DNA of 63,997 bases, filler included, from Dimargaris cristalligena (GCA_003614675.1; 7 parts of 7 records of this genome joined end to end with filler, not necessarily neighbours in it); one strand, 5' to 3'; shown: positions 36,747-50,700, counted from the whole stretch's first letter. Notes: a model not told the origin generated them from the letters alone. Numbers and translations are program-made.

Positions 36747-37368
36747 CCAGGCCTATATGAACCTGCCCCTTATTTGTACCCTGGGCACCCTGGCGGCTTG
36801 CTTGGGTTACGTCATGGCGTTGGCCCACGCTCTGTCGTGCGCCTATAGTATTTGGCTGATCCGGATGGTCATCACCCTGCGCGGAACGCAACAGAACCAC
36901 TACTACCAATTGGAAAATCCGGGCACGGGCTACGAAGGTATCGGCATCGGTGGGGGCCCCCATCATCGTCCATCACCCCGGTTTACGACCAAAACGGTCT
37001 CTGGGCCGGGCCAATCGCGCACCTGGTGGGATAATTTAAAACACCAGGCGGCCGGTAGTGTCGGTCGACGAAACCACGCCTCATCCGCCTCCGTTCAACC
37101 CCATCCCAAGGAACAACGCCCCAACAAAGGTCTGGCCCACCGTCCCGATTTTTTCACGGCATCGGAACAGTTGGATGACGGCATTGAAATCCAACCCTTG
37201 AGTCACGACGACCTGGATGAATCTCGCTATGGATTGGGTGGTGGTAGACGGGGAGGTCGCCCATTGGACCGGAGTGAGGATTATTTCGGTTACTCGCCCA
37301 CGCACGACGCCGGTGCGATGGGTAGGGTCAAGTACTGGGGTAGACGGGTGGCCAACGCCTGGTTCTAA
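36747..37368 (+). CDS. 3' part of a membrane protein (transmembrane segment followed by a cytoplasmic tail), probably 5'-truncated
   Basis: GC-rich coding-like ORF at the contig start; hydrophobic stretch LICTLGTLAACLGYVMALAHALSCAYSIWLI. Confidence 0.65.
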
Positions 37369-37843
37369 ATTCGATCCCCTCCCTTCCCAGGGCTTCCCGA
37401 CGCTCGCATTCCGACCCAATCGGTCTCGATCGACCTGAGGCTTGGCGATACGGCAGTAGGCGTGATCGGCAACCGACATTATTGCCATTTAGCCGACTGT
37501 TAACCGGCCAACCTCGGTCATGCTTACGCCATCTTCTCCATTATTTATATGGAATCGCAGCCAACCGGCTAATTAGTTCCACCATGATTTTCTCTCCCAG
37601 TGTCATTGTGGTGTATTGGTCTACACTTGTAATCCCTCCATCCCCGGGTGGTTTCTTTTTTATTCTTAGTATTATTATTTCGGTTTTTTATTTTATATTA
37701 CATGCACTTGGCTGTCCCCAATGCCGGCCATCTTGTTGTCAACTCGTCTGTACTTATTACCCTCCCTCCCATTCGGCGGTGTCATCCACCCAGCATTGCT
37801 TTATAGCCTATCATTTGTATTTTGTCCTTTTCCTTCATAATAT

Positions 37844-37979
37844 GGGAGAAGTTCATCCAAGCTGTATAACGAAAAATCCATTAGATTCGGCTAATATTAC
37901 TAGTTAAAAATATATTTCCCACATATTTTCCCATACACGTATAATGTAAACCTTTATATGGCTGGGCCGAATTTCACCC
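37844..37979 (-). mobile_element. 136-bp MITE-like element, copy F
   Basis: GGGAGAAGTTCATCCAAGCTGTATAA ... GAATTTCACCC; ATAT on both sides. Confidence 0.85.
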
Positions 37980-39597
37980 ATATCGACTTCGCCTTTCAAG
38001 TAGCCCTGTGTACCCCCTCCCCCCTCTCTTTCTCCCCCTTTTGGGTTTATTTCATTATTGTTTTTTTCATACCTATACATCTAAAAGATATCCAATGGAT
38101 ACAATAGTTCTTAACTTGTAGCGATGGCGTAACGTGCTATTCTTGGTTGATCGTCGCCAGTGATGGGCCGTTTGGGCGCTGATTGGTGTCACTGTGCTAC
38201 GGTTAAGCCGAAGGAATAATATAATGCCAAGGGATTTTCCCCCGTGGAGGAGGAGGAGGTAGATCTCAGTAAATTTCCAGGGGGGGGGGATTGCTGGGGG
38301 AGGGCGGGGGCTGATAGATGTATGGACATAGTCGGGTAGATATGATAAAATGGGGGGTTGCAGGATAGGGAGGTGGGGGAGGGGTTCTCGGATATTAAAG
38401 AGCAGGCCGGTCGTGATTACTTAGCGTGGATATACGATGTGAGAGGAGTCAAAGAGCAATATGGTCCATTGGATTTAACGGAGGAGTTTATCAATTCTGT
38501 GACTGGCCTTATGGGGGGAATTAACAGCTGATATCAGAATGCAATTAACCACTCCAAAAGGGCGATGGCCATTGTTTGGGGGGGGGGGTTCACGAGATAA
38601 AGTTGTTCATGGGCGAAGTGCCGCCTCGCCAAGTTAACGCCGTTCTCCCACAGCCCAAGTTGGGAAACTGCGTAGAATATGGAATGGAAAGCATGGGTAC
38701 TGCTGATATCCACAGCAGTGTGCGGGAAGAAAGTGGCACAGGTAGACGCTGAACTATTAATAGATCGAGCGGGTATATATATATATGTATAATATCGGGG
38801 AGAGGAGGAAGGGAAGGAGGAAAGGTCCTACGGCCATTTGGGAAGTTGGGTGGACAATTGCGCAAAGAGCCGATTGGTCCAGGGGAAACGCAGTGTAACC
38901 CTCGCGTAGTAAGCCGGCTAGTCTGCTATGGATAGAAGAAATGCAGAAACAATAGCGAGAGAAAGAGAGAGAAATAGCGGGAGAAACCATTAGAGCGTGT
39001 GGGTAAATGGAGTAGTTGTGACGCCAAGTCTTTCGATAGAACTAGCAGTAGAGTGGTTGGTTCATCATTATGCCAATGTATGCGCATATAACCGAGGAAA
39101 GGAGGCATAGAGCATTGTGAGGGCATTATTATATTTGTGCAGGGGGTCATTTACTTCTCCCATCTCTTCCTCCTTTCTTTATAAGGGCGGCCCCCGCCTT
39201 TGTTATCAGCGGTTCCTTTTTCCACACTTTTCCTTGTATATCCACTTTATCCGGCAACTGGGCTTCTTTCCAAGCTGTATGGGCTAGAAGACCTCTTTTC
39301 CTCTCTATCTTTCGCTATCTCGATTAAGTTACCTTATACTTAGGGTTTGTCTTACGCTTTAGTTACTCGCCGTTTCACCCTTAGCTTCTCTCGTTCTACC
39401 TAGTCTTTCATTTGGTCTCCGCTGCTTTCGTGAAGCTTCCACCACCACCACTTTGGAACTCAGCCTATTCCCGCATTCTCCGTCTATTCCTATACTTATA
39501 GCCTCCTCCTTTATACCACCTTCACCCCGACTCCTTTTGGTTTTCTATCTAGCCTTCTATTGTATATCCTTTATCCCTTATCTTACCCGACCCACCC

Positions 39598-40782
39598 ATG
39601 GCCTACCTACACTCCGAACACCGGAGGGATCACATGTACGATGACCCTTCCTACCCTTCGTCTCAAACTTCGTTTCAGCCCAACAACCACGGCAGCAACC
39701 GGGCCTACGCGAGGGATACCCAATACACCGAGACCGGCTCTATTCTAGACTTCTACCGTTCCGACCCCGACGAAGCCGCCCGGCCCCATCATTATGCTTA
39801 CGGTGACGCCTTTGCCGCCGACGACACTCGCCATTACCTCAACCCCAATCCCAACCAAAATAACCTAGGCGGTAATGTTGGGCCTGCCTCCTCCCCACAG
39901 CCGGCCTGGGCCGCCGGTTCCCGAGCCACCACTGCTACCGCCATGGGCCCTAGTCAAGAGCCCCTGACGGCGGTGCCCCTGTCCTCGGCCAACCTCCGCG
40001 CCCTGGACTCACCACCCGCCTACAAAGAAGGGGCTTTGCCGGACTACCCGGCCCCCGTCATGAAGCCCCGTCGCTCCGCTTTCCGCCGCTATTGCTGTTG
40101 CTGCTTCCGGAACCGGCGCACCACCATCGTATGTCTGGTTATCACCTTCATTCTTCTCGCCGGTCTTGGCGTTACCCTTTTCTTCGTCTGGCCCCGCATT
40201 CCCGACGTACAAGTCACCGGCGTGAGCCTAACGAGCACCGCACAGTCGGGTGGTAATAGTAGCAGCGGGGGTATTCTACTGCGTCGTCAAGTTTACCCTA
40301 TCCCGCAGCTGTCCCCGAACCAGGCCCTGTACCAGCGCCAGGCCTCGGGTCTGGCCGTGAGCAGTACCGCCTTGCCACTGTATTTCCAAATCCAGGCCTA
40401 CAACCCCAACTATATTCCCTGGACGGTGGGCAACATCACTGCGACGGGGTCCATCAAGGTAACCACGTCAGCTGGTAAATCCATCGACTTCCCCCTGGGT
40501 GAAGGGTCCCTCACCGAGTCCGTGACCTTCCCCAAGTTCGCCAATACTACCTTTGAATTGCCCTTCCAGCTCACCCTTGACCCTGCCACCGAAGGGTTTG
40601 CCGAAGCTTCGTCCATGTTCCTGACCAAGTGTACGACCAACTCGCCCATCAATTTCCAATACAAGGCCAAGGTGTCCGTAAATGGTATCAGCTGGCTGAT
40701 AAAGCCCACCATCGAGGATTCCGCCAATTTCAAATGCCCCGCTGACGCACTGGCTAAGCTGGGGCTTGGCCTCCTTGGTTAA
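39598..40782 (+). CDS. Type II single-pass membrane protein with a LEA_2/TMEM106-like luminal domain, 394 aa
   Basis: Disordered N-terminus, Cys cluster RYCCCCF, transmembrane helix ending FFVWPRIP, NPNY motif and a paired C-terminal Cys, as is typical of the LEA_2/TMEM106 family. Confidence 0.8.
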   Translation: MAYLHSEHRRDHMYDDPSYPSSQTSFQPNNHGSNRAYARDTQYTETGSILDFYRSDPDEAARPHHYAYGDAFAADDTRHYLNPNPNQNNLGGNVGPASSPQPAWAAGSRATTATAMGPSQEPLTAVPLSSANLRALDSPPAYKEGALPDYPAPVMKPRRSAFRRYCCCCFRNRRTTIVCLVITFILLAGLGVTLFFVWPRIPDVQVTGVSLTSTAQSGGNSSSGGILLRRQVYPIPQLSPNQALYQRQASGLAVSSTALPLYFQIQAYNPNYIPWTVGNITATGSIKVTTSAGKSIDFPLGEGSLTESVTFPKFANTTFELPFQLTLDPATEGFAEASSMFLTKCTTNSPINFQYKAKVSVNGISWLIKPTIEDSANFKCPADALAKLGLGLLG

Positions 40783-42477
40783 TCGTATACACGCTCTCCC
40801 TCTTTTATTGTGCTGCTTAGTTTGGGTGGGAAAGCCCCTTGGGAATGGGATGATGAGATTAACAAGGGGGAGGGGATGCCGGTAGCTGTGCTACTATTAT
40901 TAGCCGTCCTCCCCTCTCTTTTCTTTCCCTCTTGCGTTGCCTTTTAACCACTCACAAGCCACTTGGAGAGCTTTTCGAATCCGGCTGATGTTCGTTATGG
41001 TGTACAGGCATTATGAGGGGGGGGTGCCTTTGGCGGATGGAATTTACTTGGTGCATGTTTCATTTTTCCAGTCTTTTATATCTTGTCAAATACTGTCGTA
41101 TCGATGTACTATTGGTTTAAGTTAATCTACCTTCGCCTTATCAGTCCATAGTCGCTTATTAAGGCAGATGGTCATATATTTGCCCTTCCTAATTTTTTTG
41201 AGCGATCTCCTCCTTGCTGATTTGATTTTGAACCTTCGCCCCCGCCTTCTCTCCCTCCCTCTCTGTTTCCAATACCATAGGTGAATTTCCAATCCCCGTA
41301 TATTTATATTATTATTACCTTGCCTTATAGGCCCCCATGTTTAATATATATCCCACTTTATTCATTATATATTTATGTAATATTCGCCTAAAACCACCAT
41401 CTATGTATAAAAACTTCACAAGTTCTCCTCCTCTTTTCCTGCTAAGACTAACTCCGAGGAAATTCTACTTACGATTAATCCCGTAATAAATCGCATGTTG
41501 AAGGTCTAGTGTGTATAGGCTCGACGGGCTCGGATATTTGGGGTATGTTGGCTGATTGGTGACGATTACCTGTTTCGCATAAAATGTACTAGGGGGCTAT
41601 AAATACTCCAAAGCACAACTGCTTCTCACTTAGACTAGTGCCCTCCTGTCATGTCAATGTATTAACTCCTGCATGTACTAATATTGTAGCGGCGAAATTT
41701 ACCCCAAGCGCACAGAACACCAGTCTCCCAATGTATTGGTAATATCGATATGGTCAACTTAATAGCCGGTTATATATCCGCACCTAAGCACCTGCCATTT
41801 AATATCGACCAATTTGTCCTGTGTTCAATGGAACAGCCCTTGGGTACACACGCTGATCTCCTCTAAGTTGGGCCGAACAGGACAAGATCCTACATGCAAA
41901 CCCCACAAGAACCGGCGGCTTGAAAGTAGCTTGCAAGATGCCGGCCCTGTTATTGAATGAGTTCTTTATGGGCCCGGTTACTCACTCCCGCCAGCGACAC
42001 GTTGGCCCCTTCCGCTTTTTCTTTAGGGCAGGATGAAATCACCGAATTCCCAATCGAACCCCCCCTCCTTTACCTCTTTCACCTCCCGCATGGGTGCCAC
42101 TGGGACCACACTTCGGTTGGGAGATGGGTGTGGGATAGGGAAAATGGGAAGGTGTACAACAGAATTCATTGTATAGGTTGAAGGGTCTTTATTGGGTATC
42201 TTTTCGAGTGGGTGAAGCGGCGGGAGACACTAAACTAGAATTGGGGCAGGTGTACTGGCTAACATATGCCTATACCAGATAAATGTAGCCATACTATCCG
42301 GCCCAACTTAATAGTAGACCAAGTAAAATACAGGCATTGTCATTTCTGTTGATTGGGCTCTTTATACAATACAGGTGCGATTATCATATCCTTCCGAACT
42401 TCTCCTACCCATATTTTCCATGTCTGGTACGAACCTCCCCCAATTTAAATCGGTCGCCGGTATATATGTGTAAGCAG

Positions 42478-42604
42478 AAGTGAAATTCAGCACAGCTGTA
42501 TAAGATTTAAAATAATTTGTATACGGGATATGAACTTTTAACCAGTAGTTTTGCCCTTATCCAACGAAGTTTTCTTTAAGCTGCCTGGTTGTTGGACATT
42601 TCCC
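42478..42604 (+). mobile_element. Degenerate MITE-like copy G
   Basis: GTGAAATTCAGCACAGCTGTATAAG...CTTTTAACCAGTAG...TCCC followed by ATAT; internal deletion. Confidence 0.65.
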
Positions 42605-44019
42605 ATATGTGCAGTCTTATCAAGCGAAATATGGCTATAAGTCTGGATTTGCCTAAATTCATACATTTTGTAATCGACTCTGCTTCCGGAACTTGGTAAT
42701 GTAAAGGGTGCCGTCGATTCCGGCCGAAGCGATCAGAAGGAATACAACCCCGTGCAACATGCTTAATCGTGATATAAGCCGTGTGCTATAGCCCCCCGCC
42801 TTGCATGAACTTCCTATATAACCCCGTAATCTTTATTCGGGCCAAGCTACTTCGATACTCCCCGAAATAGCCTCCCCCAACTCAATACCGGTATTCAAGA
42901 AAGTGCTTAAGCTCTGCACTTGCCAAATCGGCAGATCTAATAACCCGATTTTTTATCTTTAGAGTGTATATTACTCTTAGCTGTTTTGGAGTTTTTTCGG
43001 ACGATATGCCTAGAACCAGCGCCCCAGTGGACATATCACCTTCATTACGTTTTCTGTAGCGAGTTATATTATGTTTTACATCAGTCACGACCGTCTTATT
43101 TCTACCTCTACTTTAACCGCCCAGCCTAGGTTGGTGTAAAGCACGGTTCCAGACCCCAATCCCAGAACTTGACACATGGCAGGAGTTATCAAGACCATCC
43201 GATGTGGCTGATTGATCAGGTAATACGAATAGGTGATATCACATTTGGTATCATGGATAGTTATAAAGGACCAATTTATATACTTGATGTCTTGGTGTAA
43301 ACGTTTAAGGTGTACAATTAACCAAGCAGGTAATGAGACTACCCGTGGCTTCTATAACCCTTCCATCAACGTTTTTCAAAATATTCCCCTCCTAGCCTTA
43401 GCAATCGGTTGCCCCATGCTACGTTATTTAGGATGCAACACCTCTAGATGTGACAACCTTTATAGCGTCCCCTGCCCCCGATACGATGCCCGATTGTGAA
43501 CTATACTGCTACAAATAATAATCAATATGCCGTTGATTATTATTGGATTTACCAGTCCCGGTTGACAGCTAACGCCCCCTTCTCCTCTAAAGGGACTTGG
43601 ACTAGTATTCTTTGTACCAAACCTTAGTCTACCTCTTAAGACCATTTTTTTTGTTTTAACTACACCATTAACGCCCCATTCTTCAACAATAGCATTTCAT
43701 ATAGAACACCTCCATTATAATGTCGGGAAGATATCCATAGCTGTCTATGCTAGGGCAATCATAGCAAGTGGCAGGCTCATTATACTGTTCTCGAAGAATA
43801 CTATTAAGTCTTAGCTTGCAAAGTAGTCATACACGTGCAAGTACGTATATAAACTGGTGTCATCTCCGTGGGCCAACCTTACTCTGCATACACTGTATCA
43901 CATTGTCATCCCGCATCGCTATTACCGCTTCATCTCGAATTATAAACCTTGATTCGCCTCTTCATTGAATTGCCTCATCCTCACAGAGCCCCTCACAGCC
44001 CAGTCCATAGAAAAACACC

Positions 44020-44286
44020 ATGGGTCAATGCAACTGTATACCTCGGTCTGACGATCACCGCCAGTCACCCGAACCATCCTCGTATGCGGAGGCCCATAGG
44101 TCCACCACCTATCCATGTTTGCATTGCCCAAGCATTTTCCCAACGCAGCATACCCTAAGTGCTCACTATAATCATCACCACATTCTGCCTTGTCGCTATT
44201 TTAGCGATCCATTTCATGACCTGGAAACCCTTGACCTGCACGAGAGAAGTTGCAGGGGGACATTAAATTCAAGTCTATCGAGTTGA
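44020..44286 (+). pseudogene. Degenerate C2H2 zinc-finger ORF remnant
   Basis: YPCLHCPSIFPTQHTLSAHYNHHH followed by a broken second finger (CRYF...LHERSC). In-frame TAG at 44008 just upstream; TATA box near 43847. Confidence 0.45.
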
Positions 44287-44891
44287 GCTTCGGGCATATT
44301 GCAACTTGTTTGCAAAATTTGCTACATGGTGTCTCACAGAGTTGCCATCTGGCCAAAGCCTACTAGTACATTACTACATCACAATCCCCAATCGCCCAGC
44401 TACAGAGCACAACAGGGCCCTGTGCATGAGAATACTATGGTTGTAGGATCGCCGCCAGTCAATAAAACCCTTAAATTTAGAGGTATTCAGCTCCATTTAA
44501 ATCAAAGCTCCCCCCAAAAAAAAAAGAGTAGAAAATGGATCAACAACAAAACACGACCATCCAGGAAGGTTGGCTGACTGCCCACACCCAGCTTGCCCAA
44601 ATGTTCTCAAAACCCTGTGTGCCTTACACATCCACCTCTATGCTTTTCAGTTTACATGGTATTGGTGTTGCAATGCATTTCCTAACACTAAAACCTGTAA
44701 CCTACCCAATAGGACATGTAGGAAGACCATAATGCTGAAATGATAAATTCGAAGGATAAATGAAAGTATTTTCGAATTCAACTTGGAATAATTATAGATG
44801 AGAGAAAGAACCACAAGGAGCAAAGCTAGATGCCTGCAGTTAGTTTTATTGATTTAGATTATAGTAGTAATCAAGATATAGATAATGTCCC

Positions 44892-45480
44892 TGTCACCCA
44901 GGTTTACCACTCTTAGTCCATTAAGAGTCCCAAGGATAGGCTTCTAATGGTAGGCAGGGCTTAGGCTTGGCCAAGTGGGCTACTAGCATCAGGTACAGGG
45001 CATGGTACTAACCAATAAAGGCTATAAATACAGGTACAGGTAAGGGATATGCAGTAAGCACACTTACTAGTTAATACAAGGGTGGTGAGCATATATATAG
45101 TGTTTATTAGATTAAAAAGGGGGGTAAGAATAAAACAAAGGAATCTAACTAGTCCTAAGGGGGCCCAGTTATATATATATGGGATGGTTCCCAAGGGAGG
45201 TCCTAAGGGAAGACTACAGGTAACTAAGGTATATAGTGAAAATAGGCCAACTGGATGGCTACTAGTATTTGGAAGACTCTCATGGTAACTGGAAGAGTCT
45301 TCAGATCAGAATGTTAAGTGATTAGTGCAAAGAACTGGAGTCCAGAAGGGAAAGGGTTATATACTATAGGGTGATCCCATGGTACCAGGGGTGACCATGG
45401 GAAGGTTAATATGGTAATATAAGGCCTAATAAGGGCAGATAGCATGGTGTCTGGATTAAGGTAGATTAGAAGGGCTGTCA
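44892..45480 (-). mobile_element. Solo LTR, family 1
   Basis: TGTCA...CA termini; full-length homology to the other family-1 copies; no clear TSD. Confidence 0.8.
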
Positions 45481-45742
45481 CATACCAAATACCTGTTACA
45501 CTGGCAGTGACTAGGCAGTACCTATATTTAATCTGACTGGTAATATATGTTATATATATATAAAATTGATATTTTAATAAAAAGAGCTATATTTTCTCTA
45601 CCTACAAATTGAGGTAAGTCATAAAATACCATGTATAACCACAATCTTTTATTAAATATCAAGAATACTAAAATTGGGGCAAAATCCAAGTAATAGAAAA
45701 GGTAAATAATTATAGATAAAAAATATTTTTTTAAAAAAAGGA

Positions 45743-45796
45743 TGGAGGACCAGGGTATCGATCCCCGTGCCTCTCGCATGCTAAGCGAGCGCTCTC
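45743..45796 (-). tRNA. tRNA-Ala(AGC), 5' end cut off by the contig end
   Basis: Minus strand reads GAGAGCG CTCGC TTAGCAT GCGAG AGGCA CGGGG ATCGATA CCCTG GTCCTCCA: anticodon stem-loop with AGC and an Ala-type T-loop, followed by a T-run Pol III terminator. Confidence 0.93.
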
Positions 45797-45896
45797 NNNN
45801 NNNNNNNNNNNNNNNNNNNNNNNNNNNNNNNNNNNNNNNNTTAATTAATTAANNNNNNNNNNNNNNNNNNNNNNNNNNNNNNNNNNNNNNNNNNNN
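45797..45896. other. Artificial contig linker
   Basis: N44-TTAATTAATTAA-N44. Confidence 0.99.
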
Positions 45897-47101
45897 GGTA
45901 CAGTTCAGAAGAATGAAAAAAGAGATGTTTTATTAAGAGCTGTGATTCTTGAAGGTATTTATACTTAGAAAGTGGTTGAAATCCCACCTACGTAGTATTA
46001 CTGCTTGAATTGATAAATAATGATGAGTTTACAAATATATCTGGCTAATGATAATATCAAATATAAATGCGAGTAATATTTGATGTATCTCTCACTTGCT
46101 ATGATATTGTAAGGCTATAAAATAATAAATCATAACTTCACTGATAAAAGGATATAAAAATAGAATATGATTGAAAAAGGGAATACTACAGTTGACTAAG
46201 TGGTCTCAGGTCCTACTACAACAAAATGTTGTGCGACAGTGGGAAATAGTGAAAATGAAAGTTTAAATAGTAATAAATATATGGTAAAAATCAGCAAAAG
46301 AATCGGTTATCTCAAAGGCAAGAAACAGGGTGTCAAAAGTCTGGTTTATTAATGTTGGGTGATTACCCCTTATTTATGTCGGGAAATAAATCAAGGGTCT
46401 AGGTTATTCAGGGGTGACAGAAAGTAGTAGCTGGTCTTGATGCCATTGTTAGAATAACCACCAGTGGTCCTGGGTCACTTGATGTAGTTGGCTGGGAACA
46501 TTGGGGATGTTGGTGGTGTTGCTGGTTTTGATTGAGTTCCAAACAAGTTTGTTCTAATAAATGGTGGCTTAGCTACTGGGGAGGTTATGGGGACATTCAG
46601 TACTTGCGGGTTGGGGATTCTTGCAGGATGACTGGGGGAATCACCGGACCGGTCCTGAGGACGTCCTGGTGACCTGGGCCTGGGAATAGGTACTGCCGAA
46701 GTTTGTGGTTCTTGGGGAGGCAGCACAATAAAAAAAAAATTATTTTTATGGCTCTTATAAACTATTGTATAATCACGTGACAAGTAGAATTTAAATAGGC
46801 AATAATCTGCAAGCCCACAGTGTTTTTTAAAACCTGCAGCCAAGTGTTATACCCAGCACTTGGGCATTCCTTATCCAGTTACCAAACTCCCACCCACTAA
46901 GCCCAATTGTTACTAACAACCAGTATGTTTTAACTGTGAGGGAGGATACTCGAACCAGGGGTATAGCACAAAAATACATTTTGCAAGTGTTATTTCTAGC
47001 TAAAATCTATATTTATTGCCTATTTTCCCATTGGTAGTTCATTCATATATCCTAGACAGCGGGACTGAGTATTATATTATATACAGTTAGCAACAGCATA
47101 T

Positions 47102-47237
47102 GGCAGAAGTTCACCCAGGCTGTATAATGAAAAATCCATTTGATAAGATAAATATTACTGGTCAAAAGTTATTTTCCCGCATATTATCCCATACACATAT
47201 TATGTAAAATCTTATATAGTTGGGTTGAAGTTCACCC
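47102..47237 (-). mobile_element. 136-bp MITE-like element, copy H
   Basis: GGCAGAAGTTCACCCAGGCTGTATAA ... TGAAGTTCACCC; ATAT on both sides; about 500 bp upstream of the ZGRF1-like ATG. Confidence 0.85.
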
Positions 47238-47738
47238 ATATTGATTATATATTTTTAACCAATGCAACTACGCCCACCTAGCAACTACATAATAATATTA
47301 ATTGACCAAAGCAAATTTCTCCCATATGACCGAATTACATAGTGTGCAGGAAATACGTGGTATGTTTTCTCGTTTATGGTCGAATTGAACCTCTCCCATT
47401 CGCCGAATAGAAAGTTGATGCTGTAGTCCAAGACCTCTACTGCGGCATGTGAGCCGGTACTTTCAACTGGGGACTGTCAATAACAACCGAATCTACTCAC
47501 ATAACATAAACACTAGACTGGGTTATGTTTCTTACCTTACCTATTCCCGAATTAGCCTGTTTAAACCACCGTACCCAACTCACCCATTGCACCTGCGCTA
47601 TTCCCAATAGCCATTCGATTTTCTAGCAGTTTTGGTCCAACGCAACCGCTATCGTTAGTGCGTCGTTCATCTAGTCCACGTCCTTTGGTGTGCATTCCCC
47701 AATCGCCCAACAACCATTCCGGTACTTCGCCAACCACC

Positions 47739-50700
47739 ATGACCACGCACTATAGCATACTCTACACCAAACAAAAGACGAAGAAGGTGAAGGCCTGGCT
47801 CGATGGCTTTGCTACGCACCAACCGGGCACTGCGGTCGTCTCCCTTTTTGACGAAGACCGGAAAAGTGTGGGCCTACTGCGGCTCAAAAAATCACTAAAA
47901 GGATTACCAATTGACGAAGAGCTGGATGTAGGCGTATATCTAGTCCAGGCCTTGACTATTGAGCCTGGAGGTGGGTCTGCCGATTCATCATCGGCTATCA
48001 AAGCAAGTACTACAGCGCAGAATTGCACCAGCCAACCCACTATATGTAACTCTACAGCGACCCTAGTAAGTTGAATATACAATTTTGCGGAAAACTAATT
48101 GTTTCTAAATTACATGCTTTTATTAACTAATCCGATTGCGATATCTCCCCCTTGGCATTTAAAGACATACCATATTTGAGGCGGACAACTTTGAAATCCA
48201 TGGTCGATATTTTTATTATTTTAAAAAATGATATAGTATCACCATCCTTTGGGCATATCCCCGGCATCAATGAATATACTTTTAGAACCATAGCTAACCT
48301 GAACTTGCATCACTATTCTATGCTAATATATTTCAGACACAAGCGGGCCGTAAAGTCGGACTTCGATCGAGTAATAAGATCATTCACAACCGGGGCACGA
48401 ATCACTACTTTCTCCCTCCCCAGATAAAACGGAAAGACCCACTAGGTACTACACTGGACGAGACTCAACCGGAATCGACTAAGGTACTATACTGGATTCA
48501 ATTGTTATGGCTATTCTCATTTATTTATTCTAAAACACTGTCTCCAATTGCTCTCTTAGTTTAACTCACTTATACTATTAAACCGATCGTTTGCATTTAT
48601 TCATTGAACGGAAAAAAACGTATAGGATAACTCTCACATACGCCCAACTGAAGAAACACCATTAATTCCATCGAGTTTACCCAAATGTAGTACCCCAGCT
48701 GCACCAGTAGTGCGAACTACCCAGGCAAAGCCCCGTCTCCTATCTATCCCCATACCTGTCCTAAATAGCGATCCTGGCGAATTAACCACCGCTCCAGCGA
48801 CTGTCGAATCCTTCAAGGCCCTTTATACCAATCAGAAAACCAAAAAGGCCAAAACCTGGCAGGACGGCACTGCTAAATTCTCGGCCTCTGAAAAGGCGTT
48901 CAAAATCTACGATGAAAACAATACTCTGGTGGTTAAACACCGGTTTACAGGTACGCCGAGTACTCTATTTGATGAAGAAACTTGTATGGGGCGCTATTTG
49001 GTTATTATCGAGACCCCACCAAGTCAAGAACAGGTGACCGCTAAACCAACTAAACCATTGGCCCGACCAGCTGGGGTAGGTGTGATGAAAATTTCAAAAT
49101 CAAGAGCTGTACTTTTATACCCCTATTGTTTGGTGGTCTTTAGTTGTTATATATTGTGATTCTACCTTTATGAGGGATATAGTGGGTCCTTTTTCTAAGC
49201 GACTACAGGAATTTATTTTAACCCTATAATGACAATTGTATCACTGCTTAACATCATACACCTTAAAATATATGCATTAGTTCAAGCCGGTCCAAAAGGT
49301 TCGCAAACTTAATATTACGGTCTCACCCTCATCGGCCGCTAAAAGCCCTTCGGGACCTGTCGAAGCCAATACACCTGAACCTCGGCAATCCACATCGTCG
49401 GTGCCAGGTAGCTCAGTTTCGGACGTGCCCCAACCTCGTGGAACTGGCCCTTCTCGGTAGGTCATTTTATTTCGCCGCTAAGCATCCTGTAAGCGCAACA
49501 CTATCATCCACGTATTTCTCAGTGTTACCATCTATCCGCTTGCTTGTAATTCCGACCTAATGAACATAACTTGGGCTATAGAAACCATCGCATTTACCAA
49601 GCCCAATCTTTACAGTATATTTGGTGTTTTTCGATCTCACCGAAGAATATGTATATATATATATACTAATTAGCGGCTGTCATTTTTACTATCTGGTACC
49701 AACCTCTCTATAGATTCCAGGTTCCTGCCCGGGTACCTACTGATCTAGTTCTTCCAGTCCGTAAGAGCGCCTCCCATACTTTGAAGCAGCAACGTATCCT
49801 TCAAATTGCGGCTACTTTCAAAACCCACCTGGAGTATCAAACCGGGTTTAAAGGACTACTTATGGAACACCTCCAGATCCTACTCAACGAGTTCAAGTGT
49901 AATTTACATCGTGCAATGACCGGTTACGATGGCAATCGGCAAAACCTTGCCCTCCTGGAGAAATTCTGTCGGCGTCGCGGGATCAGCTACTATGCCCAGG
50001 CCCATATTTCACAATCCCCTTTTGATCGCAAAAAGGGAGTCATGAGCCTACAATTGTCGACTAAAGAACACCACACCAAGTACGGGAAGAACGATATATG
50101 GATCATCTCTCGAGAAGCCGACTTTAATAGCGGGAACCATATTGTGGGCCGAAGTACTTTTTTCGGCCCATCGTCAAATAAGTCGGTTGAAATTCAGTTA
50201 GTGGCCCCACGGGATACTGCGACTATGGATAAATGGAAAGGCGGATCAGGTGCAGGGGCAATAGAGGACGTCTTCGCTATACGAGCGTTTAATGCCAGTA
50301 CTGAATGGACGATGATAGGTAAGTTCTAACATTGCAATGCCTAGGATTCTTGCTGGTGTAAGTTGACTTTTTTTGTCGATTAGCTTGGCTTCCTTTCGGC
50401 TTATTCAATTCAAATTCGTTTCAAATTTACAGTATTCGTTTTTTATTGGTCTCTGCTGGATTCGAACCTCTCTACTTGGTTTTGAATATACGCTGGCCTA
50501 TTTGTCAGATATGTATTCCATTAGCTAAACCCACTATGGCCAAGGTTTACAATTGCAATCTGTTTACCCACTAGAATCCCTCGCCGAGGATTGCGCTGAG
50601 GTACCCGTCATGAATTCCCTTTTTCGATTCGAAGGCGAAGGTCAACTACAGCAACAATGTACCACCAGCTGTGAACAGCTCGAGCGAGGTATTCATTTGA

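Noticed and set aside
44892..45796. LTR near the tRNA-Ala gene as tRNA-targeted integration
   Set aside because: The LTR is about 260 bp downstream of the tRNA, and the other family-1 copies have no visible tRNA nearby; a single case.
46475..46843. Pro-rich 122-aa minus-strand ORF
   Set aside because: Possible orphan exon, but no convincing start, splice model or homology.
6617..49663. (AT)n tracts in promoters, 5'UTRs and introns (6617, 17746, 20496, 38776, 49652)
   Set aside because: Short ordinary microsatellites. A link to ApT 6mA clusters cannot be judged from sequence alone.
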